DNA of 64,000 nt from Laetmonice hystrix (GCA_965235115.1 OZ249436.1:11408001-11472000); one strand, 5' to 3'; positions 39,001-54,000 are shown, counted from the stretch's first letter. Translations and numbers: made by a program. Notes: generated by a model from the sequence alone, not told the origin.

Positions 39001-42000
39001 GGATCAAAGGTCAACAAAGGTCAAAGGTCGGCAAATATCCGTCAATTACGACTAGTACAACATGGTTCATCTCGCTGCTAGGTCCTACTCGATTTTTTTG
39101 TTTTGTGAAATCTATTCTGACATTGTCAAGACTTCAGGTCTTACCCTGTATTCTGTCTTCGAGTCAGCATTCACAGAAGACTTGGTAGACAACGACCCAT
39201 TGTCTTCGTTTATCTTGAAGTACACGGGTGCTGAGTCGTCACCTATGATCTCGTACTTCACACGTCGGAAGATGTCCTGTGAGTGGAGAAAGTATACCGT
39301 GACTGTCAGAAAGACTCGCTATACTAACCGACCAGTCCAAATACCCTCATCTTCTGGGAGCATTTCCACTGAAGGTCTTTTAGGACCTTCTTCCTATCCT
39401 TTAAAAATCCAAACTGCCTCAAAATATACTCAAACGGCAATCTGTTGACTTTTAATGCTGGGAGAATCCCCCCTTCTAAAAAGACATAATTATCTCGGTA
39501 CATATACATGAAGGGTTCCATTTTTCATCGTTACAATAACGTTACAAGTTGTACTTACAGCCGTGTCAGTGTCCTTGGCGGACACGGAAACCAGGAAGGT
39601 GTTAGCGTCCACGTTCCTCTTGATCTCCTTGCTGTACGACGTGGCAGCAAACTTTGGTGCGGCGTCGTTACGCTGGACTTTGATGGTCACCTTGGCTGGG
39701 GCCGAACTGACCCGAGGGTGTTTACCCTGGTCAGTGGCCGTGATGGTGAACGGCTGGTAACGGTAGTAATGTCGGGATTAGGGTAACGTCCAACATGATA
39801 CTGAGGCATTCTAAGCTTTCCTTATCATTTGTCCAAATCACCATACATGACTTAATGATTTTCAAGGCTTTCTCGTCTAACACAATTATATCGCCGATCG
39901 TAATGCTTCCTCTGTCACCATGACAAAGTCGTTTTTCTAATAAACTGTAATATTGACCCTACTACATTAGTGGTTGTAATAGAAGCCCTAATAGACCATG
40001 TGGTGACCTACCCCGTACTGTTTGACCCTGCTGGTGTCAAGCATCAAGGATTTCTTGACGTACAGAATGCCTGTCTCAGCGTCCACGGTGAAGTAATCCC
40101 TGATCCTGGCCTCCACCGTCAGTGGGATAGCGTACCGGATTACATTGTATGGACGCTGTAAGTCAGAAAACGTTCACTGTCAGCCTGGGTTAACAACACA
40201 CTGAAACAGTTTGTCAACTCTAACAAAATCTGACTTTAATAACAACACACCGAATCAGTTTGTCAACTCTAATGAAATCTGACTTTAACCGAACACACCG
40301 AATCAGTTTGTCAACTCTAACAAAATCTGACTTTAACCAAACACACCGAATCAGTTTGTCAACTCCAACGAAATCTGACTTTAATAACAACACACCGAAT
40401 CAGTTTGTCAACGCTAACGAAATCTGACTTTAACTGGCCACACCCAATCAGTTTGTCAACTCCAACGAAATCTGACTTTAATAACAACACACCGAATCAG
40501 TTTGTCAACTCTAACGAAATCTGACTTTAACCGAACACACCGAATCAGTTTGTCAACTCTAACAAAATCTGACTTTAACCAAACACACCGAATCAGTTTG
40601 TCAACTCCAACGAAATCTGACTTTAATAACAACACACCGAATCAGTTTGTCAATTCTAACGAAATCTGACTTTAATAACAATACACCGAATCAGTTTGTC
40701 AACTCTAACGAAATCTGACTTTAACCAAACACACTGAATCAGTTTGTCAATTCTAACGAAATCTGACTTTAATAACAACACACCAAATCAGTTTGTCAAC
40801 TCTAACGAAATCTGACTTGAAAAGCAACACCAGTGTGCACACGTTACCTTCTTGTCCCTGTCCCTAGCCCGGACCTGTAACACTGACACGCCGAGAGCCT
40901 GAGTTTCCAGGATCTCCTTGTTGTAGTTAACAGGATCAAACACAGGTTCCTGGAAGTTACGCAGAATCTCCACCTTGACGATGGCCGTGGCACTCTTCGC
41001 TGGACTTCCTCCATCCACGGCTACCACTCTCAGCTACCAACACACACACACAATATCAAAACCTGAACCAGCAATTTCTATGTATACATGTACTTGTTAT
41101 AAAGTACCTCTGAACCATTTAAATACAACATGAAGGCCCAAGGTGTGAGTGTTAATTATGTTGTAGAAGTCCAAGGTGTGAGTGTTACTTACGTTGTAGA
41201 AGTCGACGTTCTCCGTGGTGAGCACCTTGTTGACGGAGATACGACCGCTATTCTCGTTGATCTTGAAGAAGGTCGGGCCGTCGTCGTCACCGATCAGGCT
41301 GTATGTCACTTTGTTGAAAGGTGCCTAAAGACGCCATGTTTATTTGTAAAATTAATATTTTTAACGTTCAAGTCAAATAATCTTAAGCCTAGCCTTTGGT
41401 GATAATTTTAAAAAAGCACAAAACATTCATAGGAAGAATTCCGATTCCCATGTCATATCGGATATAAAGAACTGCAATTGATTACTTCAAAACTTGTTCT
41501 CAGGCTACTCCCTATAACTACAACGTATTTAGTGGTAGATGGACCGATGACGTCTTTCACAAAGATTATCATGGAAGCCCTTGATGTAATGATAATGAGT
41601 AATGAACTTACTGCAGTGTCTGAGTCCTGGGCTCGTACCTCGAGAACTGACCCATCTACAGCCAGTGTCTCAGGTATAGCCTTTTCAAACTCAGACTTGG
41701 TGAAGCGCGGAGCCCTCAGGTTTCTGGTGACTACCACTTGAATCCTGGCCGTGTTGGAACTGTTTTGTGCCGGATAACCTGTGTCCCAGGCTATCACCGA
41801 CAGCTGATGAGAGGAAATGGTGGAGGCTGTTGAATTCTAATGAATGTGAAGAATGTCATACAGGTATTAAATGGTGCAAACCTTTGGCGGACATGTGAAG
41901 TTATCCACTCACACACCCACGCACACAGGTCAATAGGTTATACAGCGTGAACACAACCAACAGTTAAGATTGAGTATAGTGAATTTGCACACACCGAGTG

Positions 42001-45000
42001 ATAGCTCAAGTTAAGAGACCCTGAGATAGGGTCAGGTGAGAGAGATATTTAAGTAGGTGAAATGATCCTATTAAGGGGCATTTCGTCCAATTGTGAAACA
42101 CTGTGAAGTGTTATTGATTATTGTCATCAATACGAGACGTCCAAGTGACATTAGTTTCTTAATTAACATGCAATCATACGTGATCAATTAATTCATTCTT
42201 TGAGCATTTCAGTAGTGGTTTCTCAGTACCGAACTGGTGATGCATTACGTACAGCCATATTTGATACATGTCCAGAAAAACAAGTCATACAAGTTGTAAA
42301 GTTTTTGGGAATATTATGTTATATAGGAGGAAATTATACTAAACAAGCATTTTTTTTTGAGTCTGCAATCTACTGAACTCTATAGGAATCTAGCGTCAGA
42401 TTGTATTAAAGAAGGAATATCAATCACATGACTACATGTATCTATCGATATAAAACTAGCATTTACAGTGAGGCAAAATTAACAGTGAGTGCATTTGGGA
42501 CAGATAATTAACAAGATCAATGGTTTACACGATCTATTAAAATGGTGTGTGCAATCAAAATAAGTAAACTAAGTAAGGTATTAGTGGTGGTGTTAGTAGG
42601 TTGCTGGTATTAGGGAGTACTAGGCACAAGGACACAGACAGCACACAAAACCCTCCCAGCCGGGGAGACTCTCACAAGGGTGACCGCCTTATGTCAGTAG
42701 CGTTTCCCTGACCACCTGGGACTCAAGGGGCAGGCGCAGGAGGAACTTTTCACTGTCCGACCGCCGCACGCCAACGGCAGTTTCAAGGACGTAGAACAAC
42801 TGGGTGAAAACTAGAGTCACAGTTCACGATTCCACCGATCCCTTTAGGATTTCAGACACCCAGGTCTACGCAGGGACCAGGCGAACACATAATGTTTAAA
42901 AAATCAAAAATTAATATTAAAAGGAAACTAAATCACCTGCCCTTAATGTGGGAAAACATTAATGAGAAGCAAAATTGTGACGCAGCCATGGTTGAATGGA
43001 TAAGCTCCCAGGTTGTTAACACCTAATTCAAGACCTTACCCGAATGTCCGTACGCGTTGTCTGACTCAATGGCTTGGCAAGCGTTACGACGCCCGTGTCA
43101 CGGTTCACGTAGAAGAAACTGTCGTCTCCAGTCCTCTCCACCATCTCGTAGTAGACGGAATCCTGAAAGGTCAAATGGTTCTCAGTTAGGATAGCAAATT
43201 CCAACTAGTAACATACACCATTTTGATAACTCATAATTTCATCTCCTTGAGCACCTTATTGTTGACTGATTACACGTACACGCACGCTGACCTAACACCT
43301 GTCTAATTTCTAATTCCATGTAAAACTTTCACTCAGTAAGTTAAGAAGCCAGTATTGTGACGTATACCTTGTCCTTGTCCGTGGCCTTGACCTGGGTGAT
43401 GACCGTGCCGATAGGGATGATCTCGAGAACTTTAGCCGAGTAATCGTACGGCTCGAATCGTGGTCGGTTCAGGTTACGAGTGACTGTGATTGTCAGGTTT
43501 GTCTCTGCCTTGTTTGTAGGATTTGCCTCATCGTATACGTGAGCTTCGATCTGAAATATCATCGCTTTGATATCTAAATACTGGAGTTTTAAACCAAGGG
43601 TGTCTTGTTTTGTTAAACATGCACTCAGCCTCCCTCAAATTGTACATAATATAGAAGTGTGAGTAGGATGAACGCTCACTGAGAGAGCTCACTTACCGTG
43701 TAGTTAAAGAGCCGGTCTGACTTGAGCCCACTCTTCACGTAGATTACTCCCGTTTTTTCACGGACACCGAAGAAATACGGCGCTGGCACGATACCCGTGA
43801 TGTCATAGATCAAGGTACCCTGAGGAAAGAAAAGGGAACAATGTAATGTGACTCATATCCACCTAGTCTCTGTCAAATCATTAATACGTAATATATATAC
43901 GGAATCAGGTTAAATATGTCCAGTCCTGCCTACACTCGGGCAAACGCCGACTTCTCCCAGCCCAGATCCAACCTATCAACCTCACTAGACAGTCAATCTG
44001 ATTGCGATTCATACCATTTTGTCGTCGTCTCGACCCCTCAGTTTGAAGACACTGCGGCCCACAGGTGTTGTCTCTGGGATGATCACCTTGTACGGCAAAC
44101 TCTCAAATGTCGGAGGTTTCAAGTCACGCTGTACACTGATGTAGATCAGGGTAGTGGCTGTCTTCTCAGGTACACCCTTATCACTGGCTTTTATGTTGAA
44201 CTGGAAGCAACATGACATATTATCACGTTTCAGAAACTGAATGGAACCTTCAGAAGAACTAATATATACCGGGTTCAGTGAATGTGTACTGTGTACTCGA
44301 GTACTTACCCTGTAGGAGACTCTGTCCTCCACACTCAACACCTTGGCCAGGGTCAGAACTCCCGTCTCCGGGTGCATGTAGAAGAAATCAGTCTCGGGTT
44401 TCTTAGGAATCAACGTATACTCCAGTTCATCCTGCAAAATAATGAAATCATATTCATATTCTAACATCGTACAATCAGCATCATATTTCGTAATGTCAGA
44501 ATGAAATCTGCTTATAACATTTGAATGACATGAAAGATCTATTCATCACGACAGAATATAAGACGTTGTACCATGTTGAACGGTGACCTTACAACCTGAC
44601 CACTTACCCCATCTCTGTCGGTCGCCTTCACCCTGAGGATGCTCGCTCCCACGTCTGTTTTCTCAGAGAGTGGATCCTTACGGTACTCACTCCTCTCAAA
44701 CCTTGGAGCGAACTCGTTCCTCCTCACTGTGATGTTTACCGTAGCGTATGTCACCTGTTCTCGGACCTCAAACTGTCGCTTCGCCTGCACCTGTAGCTGG
44801 TAGTTACTTAGTTTGGCCACGTCTTGCTTCAGAGATTTCTTTATGGTGATACGCCCACTGCTCTCCTCGATCTTAAAGTAATCTGGAGCGGTGCTGAATC
44901 CAAGGATCGCATACTTCACGTTGTCCTGTCAAACGGATAGTTAAACTTGTCTTTATTTTAATATTTGTAATATTTGTACTTACTGAAATCTGTATCTTTG

Positions 45001-48000
45001 GTCAGGACGAAATCTGCTTATAACACTCGAATGATAGGATAAGTTCTTGCACTAAACGATGTGTTGAAAGGTGACCCACAGCCCGACCACTGGTCACGTG
45101 TGACGTAAATGTGACCCACACGAGATAGGAAGCAAAAACCAAAACCATGTGGTCTCTTTCATCTATCTCAGAATTCACCGGGGGCATATATCTTCTCAGT
45201 GTAAATAGTAAACCAAAGCTGTGCTCATGACCCAAACTTTGACGTATAATGACAGACATCGTAATCAGACAAGACATATACTTACCCCTGGAGCAGCGAC
45301 CACTTTGATGACGTCTGAGTTAACGGCCTTGTTCTCGGACACGGTGGCCCTGTACTCGGATGATGAGAACCTCAGGGTGCCACGGTCCCGGACTACTGTC
45401 ACCACTACCGTCGTCTCGTCAGTCCTCTCCGGCACGCCTTGATCGCGGGCCACAACCTTGATCTGGTAATGTCAATTAGAAAACGTGAACTTCATGAACA
45501 ACATCTAACAATTCTAGAGTTTGGGATTGTTGGAGATTCCACCAGGTGGCGCCACACTACGATCACAACCTAGGTGGAAGGTACGACCGGCAGGAGTGTT
45601 GAATTTATTGAGTAGGATTTCAATGTGTTTCCTTTTGCCATATATTTTCTATTCACCAGGGTATTGAGAAGACTAAATGAGTAGTTGCCTGACTTACCCT
45701 GTAGGCTGAGGTGGTGGTCTGGAGTACCGACTGGAGCAGAGTGATCTCTCCACTAGCCGGGTTGATGTAGAAGTACTTGGGCGACTGTCCCTCTCCAATA
45801 ATGGCATATTGAATCACATTGTTTGGTGCCTGTACCATGCAAAATGACAACACCAACTTATAAACATACACATACAAGGATCAATAAATAGAAAATGAGT
45901 TAACCGTTTACTCTGGGGCCTATATTGGAAACTCTAATTCAATATTCTCCCTATAAGTAAATAACTATAATCCAAACGATTCCAAGTGCCGACCTCTCTG
46001 TCCTTGTCCTTGGCCTCCACCTGAGCGACCCTCATACCAGGAGCTGAGTTGTCTGGGATGGACACCCGCACGTTGTCTGTCACAAACTCGGGAGCGTTCA
46101 GGTTTCGTGTCACCTTAACCTCCACCATGGCTGTGCTACTCTTGGGCGGGGTGCCACCATCTCGGGCCTCGATACGCAGCTGGAGAAAGCAGTAACAACA
46201 TCATTTAGTAAAACAAACGCCTTTGTTAGAGAAATGGATGATGATGTATCTGGCACCAGGTGCACTACGACTTATGACATACAAACTACGCCAATTAAAG
46301 AATATAAGGTGGAGCACTCACAGTGTAGTCAGTATTGGTGTCTCTGGCCAGGCCTGATTCTCTCTTCACTCTCACAGAACCAGTCTGGGTCACCTCAAAG
46401 AAGGTTGGCGCCGAGTCGTCACCAATAAGCCTGAGGACAACGTCTCGGAACGGTTTCTAGAGACAAGAGGACAAGAGAGAAACTGGAGGGGGGACTGACA
46501 CAAAGAATGGTAAGTCAAATGGTCACAGTATGCCGTCCATAGGTAACGGGGTTGAATGGTCACAGTATGCCGTCCATAGGTAACGGGGTCGAATGGCCAC
46601 AGTATGCCGTCCATAGGTAATGGGGTCGAATGGTCACAGTATGCCGTCCATAGGTTTATATATGGTTTAATTTTAGTGTATCATTTTCAAGTGGTTGTTC
46701 CATCATTCCCAGTTCCCGGCAGTGTACTCATATCGCCACCTAGCGGTATGTATTCCTCCGAACGTCGAGCCATGCCTACCATTGCATCCTTGTCCTCCAC
46801 CTTGACCCTGAGCACCTCGCTGCCACCACTGATCGTCTCCGAGATGGTTTTCTTGTAGCTGGTCGGGTCGTCAAAGACGGGAGCGTTCATGTTACGGTCC
46901 ACTTTGATGGATACTGTGGCTGTGTTCTCTGACTTCTGGGCTGGGTCACCCAGGTCGACGGCTCCTATCACAACCTACGGAAAGTAAAAATAACGTCACA
47001 TCAGTTTGATAATGTCCCTTACACTATACTGACGCTCAGTGCTCCAAATCGGCTCATCTGTACGCCAAGTATAAAATAACGTTCTACGTACGATCAGTAC
47101 AGTTGATACCTGATTAACCTGATTCACATTGAGGTATGTGACGTCTGTGACATTTATAGAATGACGGGTTCATTCATTTATGAGGTAACAAGTGAACGAA
47201 GTCAACTGTAACTTACCCTGTATGAGGTTGAGGTGTCAACTGCGAGAGACTTCTTCAGCGAGACCTCTCCACTTTGAGCATTGACCATGAAATAATCTTT
47301 AGCCTTGGTATCTCCCGTTACAACGTACTCCAACTCATTGTCCGGAGCCTGAAACCAGAACGTTATGATCAGGAATCAGGTCAAATCTTTACAATATTCA
47401 CCCACAGGATAATCATTTTTTATGCAAACATTTTGTTTTATCTCAGACAGCCCACACCAATGACATAATAATCCCTAGACGTACCCTCTTGTCGCTGTCT
47501 GAGGCCACCACCTTTGTGATAATCTCCCCAATGGGTAGGGTCTCGAGGACCTTGGCCTGGTAGACGGTTGGGTCGAAACGAGGTTTCTTCAAGTTACGGA
47601 TGACGGTAACACTGACGACGATCGTGTGTGTCCTGGGTGGGGTGCCACCATCCAGAGCAACCACTCGAATCTGATACGTTAAGTAATGGTGATTATCTTC
47701 ATACAGGAAACAATGAGACATACACTTCATTCCTCTCATAATGGGTGAGGCAGACTGCATGGAAACACCAGGTTTAGAGACCACCGTTCTTAATTGCGAA
47801 TTTACCCCGCTACTCACGCATCCAGTTTAAGAAAGTAGAGGAGGAGAGAGAGAGAGTGAGTGTATGTGTGAGACTAACCTTGTACTCTCTGGTAGCATCG
47901 TTCTCCAGATTATTGCTGACAGAGATCAGCCCGCTGTTGGCGTCAATCTTGAAGTAACTACCCGCTGCATCATCTCCGATGATCTCGTACGTGATCTTGT

Positions 48001-51000
48001 TGAATGGTGCCTACAAATGATATAATAGTACGTGTTTACGAGTTAACGCACACAGCGGTAAATGGTGCCTACAAATGATGTAATAGTGTACGTGTTTTAA
48101 GAGTTAATGCACACAGCTGTAAATGCCAAATAAAACCAGCTATTCAAAATATACAGTCAATCATGAAGACCCATCAAGCAGTATCCCGCATACCCTGGTG
48201 TCTGAGTCCCTGGCCACCACTGAGATGACTGAGGTCCCTGGTGACGCGTCCTGTTTGATGGTACGTTTGTACTCCCGGGTTGAAAACTTGGGTGAGTTCT
48301 TGTTCCTGATCACGGTCACCGTCACAATGTTCGGACCCGTTCTCTGGGGCGGCACACCCTTGTCGATAGCGTACAGGTTCAACTGAAAAAACAACCCAAA
48401 TACATGTTAATAGGGATTTCAGGGAAATGTGAAAACTTAAACAAACTCAACCAGAGTCGTCTCTTTCGGATCTTTTAGAAAGAATGACATTATAACGATA
48501 CCGGTGTTAATTCTGCTGTAAATAACAGAATTTCAAATATTGATCTCCATTGATCGGTTTATTTGGTATATTGTGTCACTTACACTGTAAGACTCAGCAG
48601 TGTCTCCGATCAAAGACCTCTTCAGGCTGATTACCCCCTTGTCGTCCACAGCGAAATGTTCATCAGTCAGCTGGTAAGTGACCTGGTTGTGAGGTGGTTT
48701 CTCGTCTGAATCCCTGGCCGACACCTTGAGTACCGACCGGCCAATGGGCTGGGTTTCTAGAATAGTCGCCTTGTAGTTGTTACTATCAAAGTTCGGAGCA
48801 CGCAGGTTCCTCAGCATGTTGATGGTGAGGATAGCGGCCGCCTCCCGAGGTGGGGTCCCACCGTCTTGTACTGCTACCCGTACCTTGTACTGAGTCTCGT
48901 CTCCAGGCGCTGACCGCAGACTGTTCCGTACTTTGATCTCTCCCGTCGAATCAATGCTGTAGAACTGAGGAGCGTTGTCATCGCCCACGATGAAGAAGGA
49001 GAGTTTGTTGAATGGTACTCTCGTGTCGGCGTCGCGACCCTCCACCTTGAAGACTCGGGAACCGATCGACGTCGACATGTTGACGGAGATGGTCGCCGGG
49101 AGATTTCCAAAACGTGGAGTTTGTTTGTTACGAACAACCACGATACTAACCTGGGCGGCCCTGGTTGATTTCTGTGGCGGTGTTCCCAGATCCGTGGCAT
49201 CCACACGGAACTGAAACAAGGCATTGTAATCTTGCTACAATGTGTACACTAAGTAGGCCTGCTCTTTTTTATAATTTGTAACAAATGAACAAATCAGATA
49301 CAGAGGTTTCTTCATTCAATGGAATACCTCATATTTTTCTCGGGTATCCTCCAACAGTGACTTGCGTAGTGAAATGTTTCCAGATACTTCATCAATCATG
49401 AAGAAACTGGCCATTGCAGTGCTTTGAAGTGAAAATCTGGTAACGTTGTGTGGGTACTGAAACGGGAAATTGGCTTGATAAACACTCTGAACCAAAATAA
49501 AGTCAAATGGCTTTATGTCAAAAAATCATAAAACTAGACAGATTTGAGGATGTACAGATGTACTAAATATGCATTCCCTTGATGAGAAGACGTGTATAAC
49601 CTACCACTCTGTCCTTGTCTCGAGCCGAGACGGTGAGGATACGCTGACCCAGGGCATGGGTCTCCAGAATGGTAGCGTCATAGGTGCTCGGGTTAAACTC
49701 GGGCCTGTTGAGGTTTCGTTGAACAGTGACGGAGACTGTGGCCGTGGAACTTGCTGGAGGAGTCCCTCCATCCTTGGCCAGAATCTTGATCTACGTACGC
49801 CAAGCGAACAGCAGGTTAATATTGAGAATATTCATACGATCTAGATACAGTATCACAGAATGATCGGTATTATCTACATGGCATCAATAATAGTATCGTA
49901 AATATTTATAGTGATTTTTATCTTTTACAACAGTTTTTGTTACAGCAGACGCACAGGAATCCACTGTACAATATTTCAGCCGGGACCATCACTTTTATGT
50001 TAAACACCAATAACAAGAATTGATATCTATGGAGAATGTCATTACTAACCGTGTAGGTTGTGGCGCTGTCTGCCTGCAGACTTGACTTCACTCGAATCTC
50101 TCCCTGACCCTCCGACACGCTGAAATATGCCGGGGCCTGGTCGTCTCCAATGATGCTGTATGTCACTCGGTTAAATGGCACCTGTACAAACCAACCAATG
50201 CTTAATTAATCCATCATTACATCCAAACAAATTCAAACTACAAAACCTATACCTTTATTACTGGGAGTGTACAATGTACAACCCATTCAGTCATCAGTCA
50301 TATTGTAAAGCTTGCCCTTTAAAAAGCCTGTCCTGTTACAATATACGAGTTAGTGGACTGACCGTGGTGTCGCGGTCAGTGGCGGTGACAGTGGTCACTC
50401 TGTTGTTGGTACCCAGGTCCTCCTTGACCGTTGCCTTGTACTGACCACCACTTGTAAACCTTGGAGCGTTCTCATTACGTCGGACCGTCACCGTCACTGT
50501 GGCGTTACTCCGTGCGGCACAGGGCTCCGGTAAACCAAGGTCAGTGGCTCCCACCAACAGCTGAGGTCGGGGAAACAAATCAAGACTTTTTATTTCTAAA
50601 TACCAAATACAAAAATAAACAAAGGAACTAGCTTAGAAAGGATGGCTGCTCACCCTGTATGTTTTGGCCTTGGTTGGTTCGTTCTGGATGGACTTTCGCT
50701 GGTAGATCGAGCCACTGATGGGATCGACTAGGAAGTATTCCTGTGCCAGAGCATCACCGTACAGGGTGTACCGCACCTGGTTAAAGGGGGTCTGCAAAAA
50801 TGGTCAAATATTGAAAAATTGTCAATCTGGTAATTACTCAAAAACACCTTTAAATCATCCAGCATTGGTCTATGGACGTATCAATGATACTGACTGTGAC
50901 ACGATGTCCGAAAATGTTTCACGGTGTGGTATCTGTTTTCTTTGATAGTAGGGAAAATGTGTAAAGATAATGCATAATAAAGATAACGGGTGACTATATT

Positions 51001-54000
51001 ACGAGTAATCTAACTTACCTGGGTGTCCCTGTCATTGGCCTGGAGTTTGCCGATGGAGGTAGCGATGTTAAGTGTCTCCATGATGGTAACCGGTAGACTG
51101 GATGCCCGCCATGTTGGACAGGCCAGGTTACGGTTAACATTAACCGTTACTGTGGTTGTACTGTCCTTGGACGGTACACCATTGTCATACGCCCGCACTC
51201 GCAGCTACAAATCAAACACAAAACTTACCAACTCATACCACAGGTTCAATAACCATCATTTTTCAAGGAAATAAAAAAACTTCCTCTCGTATTGTAAAAC
51301 AGTCGCCTTGGCAAAACATCCTTTCTTCACTTTAGACTCACCACATAAACGGTCTCCGTATCTTTGGCGATCTCTCCTGAGACAGTGACAAGTCCATCAG
51401 TGGGGTTGATCTTGAAGTAGGACGGGGCTGAGTCATCCCCTATCACTTCATACCGAATGATTTCAAACGTCTCCTACAACACAGTACAGCCTTGTCATAT
51501 TCTTCTCATCATTCAAAACTCGGCCATGAACTGTTCCAGGATAGAATCCTATACAATAAAGTTGACAATATCCCGCAATGCAAGCACATAATGATGCTGT
51601 GAGCCAACCCTCACCTTAGGGTCGTTGTCTCTGGCGACCACCTGAGCGACCCGACTGCCCAAACTCTTGTCCTTACGGATTGTCGCCTCGTATGGCGCGC
51701 CGACAAAGGTTGGAGCGTTCTTGTTACGGATAACCTTGACGTTGATGGTGGCACGGCGAGAGCTGGGTTTGGACGGGAAGCCGCCGTCATAGGCACGTAC
51801 TTCAATCTGTACTCAATGTAACAAATTGATTTCAATCAATATATGCGTTCACACATACAACCCTACGTTATTCAAGACAGATCAAGACTTGCCCGGGTAC
51901 GAGTGCCCGACTATACTCTGTACGTACCCTGTAACGTTCGGAAGAGGCGGGGTCTTGCAGCAGTGAAGTTTTTAACTTGATTTCCCCACTGTCACGGTCA
52001 ATGAGGAAGAACCGCTGGGCCTTAGCGTCACCAACGATCTCATAGAATACCTTCTTGTACGGATCCTGATCGGGGAAAAAGTTTACAACATGTCATCAAC
52101 TCGTCACACTGAGGATAGTATTACAGAACATGACCATTACACCTGAACACCTCAACGACTAACGAGAGTGTGTGTGAATCAGACCGACCCTTCTGTCCTT
52201 GTCCAGGGCCTTGACGGTGTAGATGGCCCTCTGGAAGCTCTCCGTCTCTTTGATTGTCACCTCGTCCGAGTCGGTGGGTTTGGTGAAGACGGGTACCTCG
52301 AGGTTACGGTCGACAGTGACCGTTAGTATCTCAATGGCTGTCCGTGGGGGCGAGTCACCGTCAGCAGCCTCGATCCGTATCTGGAATCATAAACCGCCGT
52401 CAGTAGGGATCGAGCACAGATCGAACTGTTACCCTCATTAAACGGGTTAACACGGTCAGCTCTGCCATAGAGAACGTATGGCGATAGAGGGCGTTAGTAG
52501 GACTGCCACATGGCTGCTGGTTGGGCTATTGACGGCCGCTGTAAATGGTTTTAGCAAACATGTGTTGCAAAATAGAGAGTAAAATTATTCCTTTGGAGCT
52601 TACATTCTTTAAGTTACTGTATGTCTCAATACTACAAGCGATGTTACGTTGATTTTTCCCGTTTTTTGTCTATACTATACCGCAGTAAGACTGCGGGCGC
52701 CACCTATCGGAAAACAACTGGCGCCTAGTTCCGTCATACTTGAGAAAGATAATGACCAGGGAAGGCGTTGTTGATCGCTCACCTTATAAATCTCATTGTC
52801 ATCCTCATTGAGACTTCTCTTCACCTTGACGGTACCACGCGCATCGATAGAGAAATAAGTGGGGGCGTTGTCGTCACCAATGATGGTGTAAGTGACCTTG
52901 TTGTAGGGAACCTGAGGGAAACACATCATGACTGCCATCAGGATCTCTGATTATAACACTACTGCTGCCATACATCTCTTCTACAATATCTGCTCTACAA
53001 TAATAAAGATACTCGTTAATAGACACTCCATTTATCTTGATTATTTGTGGACATAAAAATAAAATAGTTTGATTCAAGTTTAACTCGCAAAAACTACATG
53101 TCCTGAGTAAATCTCCTGTCTCACTATTGCCAGTATCACAGCTTGACGTCAATTAAATCGTATTTCAGACTGACGAATGATTGAAGCTGAAAGAGACACT
53201 TTCTGAAAGAAAAGATTTCAATTTCAAACCACCTCCATGTTGCCTTGGGACTGCACTGGTGATGTAGAAGGGACAGATGCCCAAGTCACAGACGGTCTCA
53301 GGCGGCGGGAACTCCCAATGTTTAAAATGAGTCCATCTGGTTGCCAAACCACGTACTCAGTAACGGAGGAAGATATTTGTAACCCCTAAACCATTGGCTT
53401 ACCAACTACAACTTCTCAGATTCAAAGACGTCTGAATGAAGTGAAGCAAAGCTAAAGCAACCGTCTGTATTAAGTAATGCACAAATAATAGAAGCATCTC
53501 CTACTCGTGGCCTGAGGAAGAACGGCGACCTGAAGTGTAATACTGAAGCATGTAGGCCTAGGCTAAAGATGAACTAAAGCGGTGAGAACTATTGGCCAGC
53601 GTTTTTGGTATTTTACCAATGTAACCTCCCGTAACTAGGGATTACGTTTCTATATCATGAAAAGTCAATAAAAATGAAGGAGATAGCGCAACTTACTAAA
53701 ACAACATGACGCGATATAAGAAGCGTTGTAAACATCACTGTAGAAATGCGTGGGTGGGTGGTTGGGTTGGTGTGACAGGCATTTTGTTTCTTGAATGTGT
53801 TTGTGTTTGTATTTGTGTGTGTGTTTGAGACTGATCACCAGTATTTCCAAGGCTATAAAACGGGGCAGTAGTAGGGGAACACTTGAATATTACCTGGACG
53901 GTCTGGGAAGAGGAGTTTCCAATGTTGACATTGGCCTGGAGAGGGTCAAAGATAATTATGGCACACGTCATCTCATTCAAAAACTCTCATACATTTACTC

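Noticed and set aside
42073-42946. TTAA-flanked (Kolobok-like) element
   Set aside because: Only about 7 nt of terminal inverted match; insufficient
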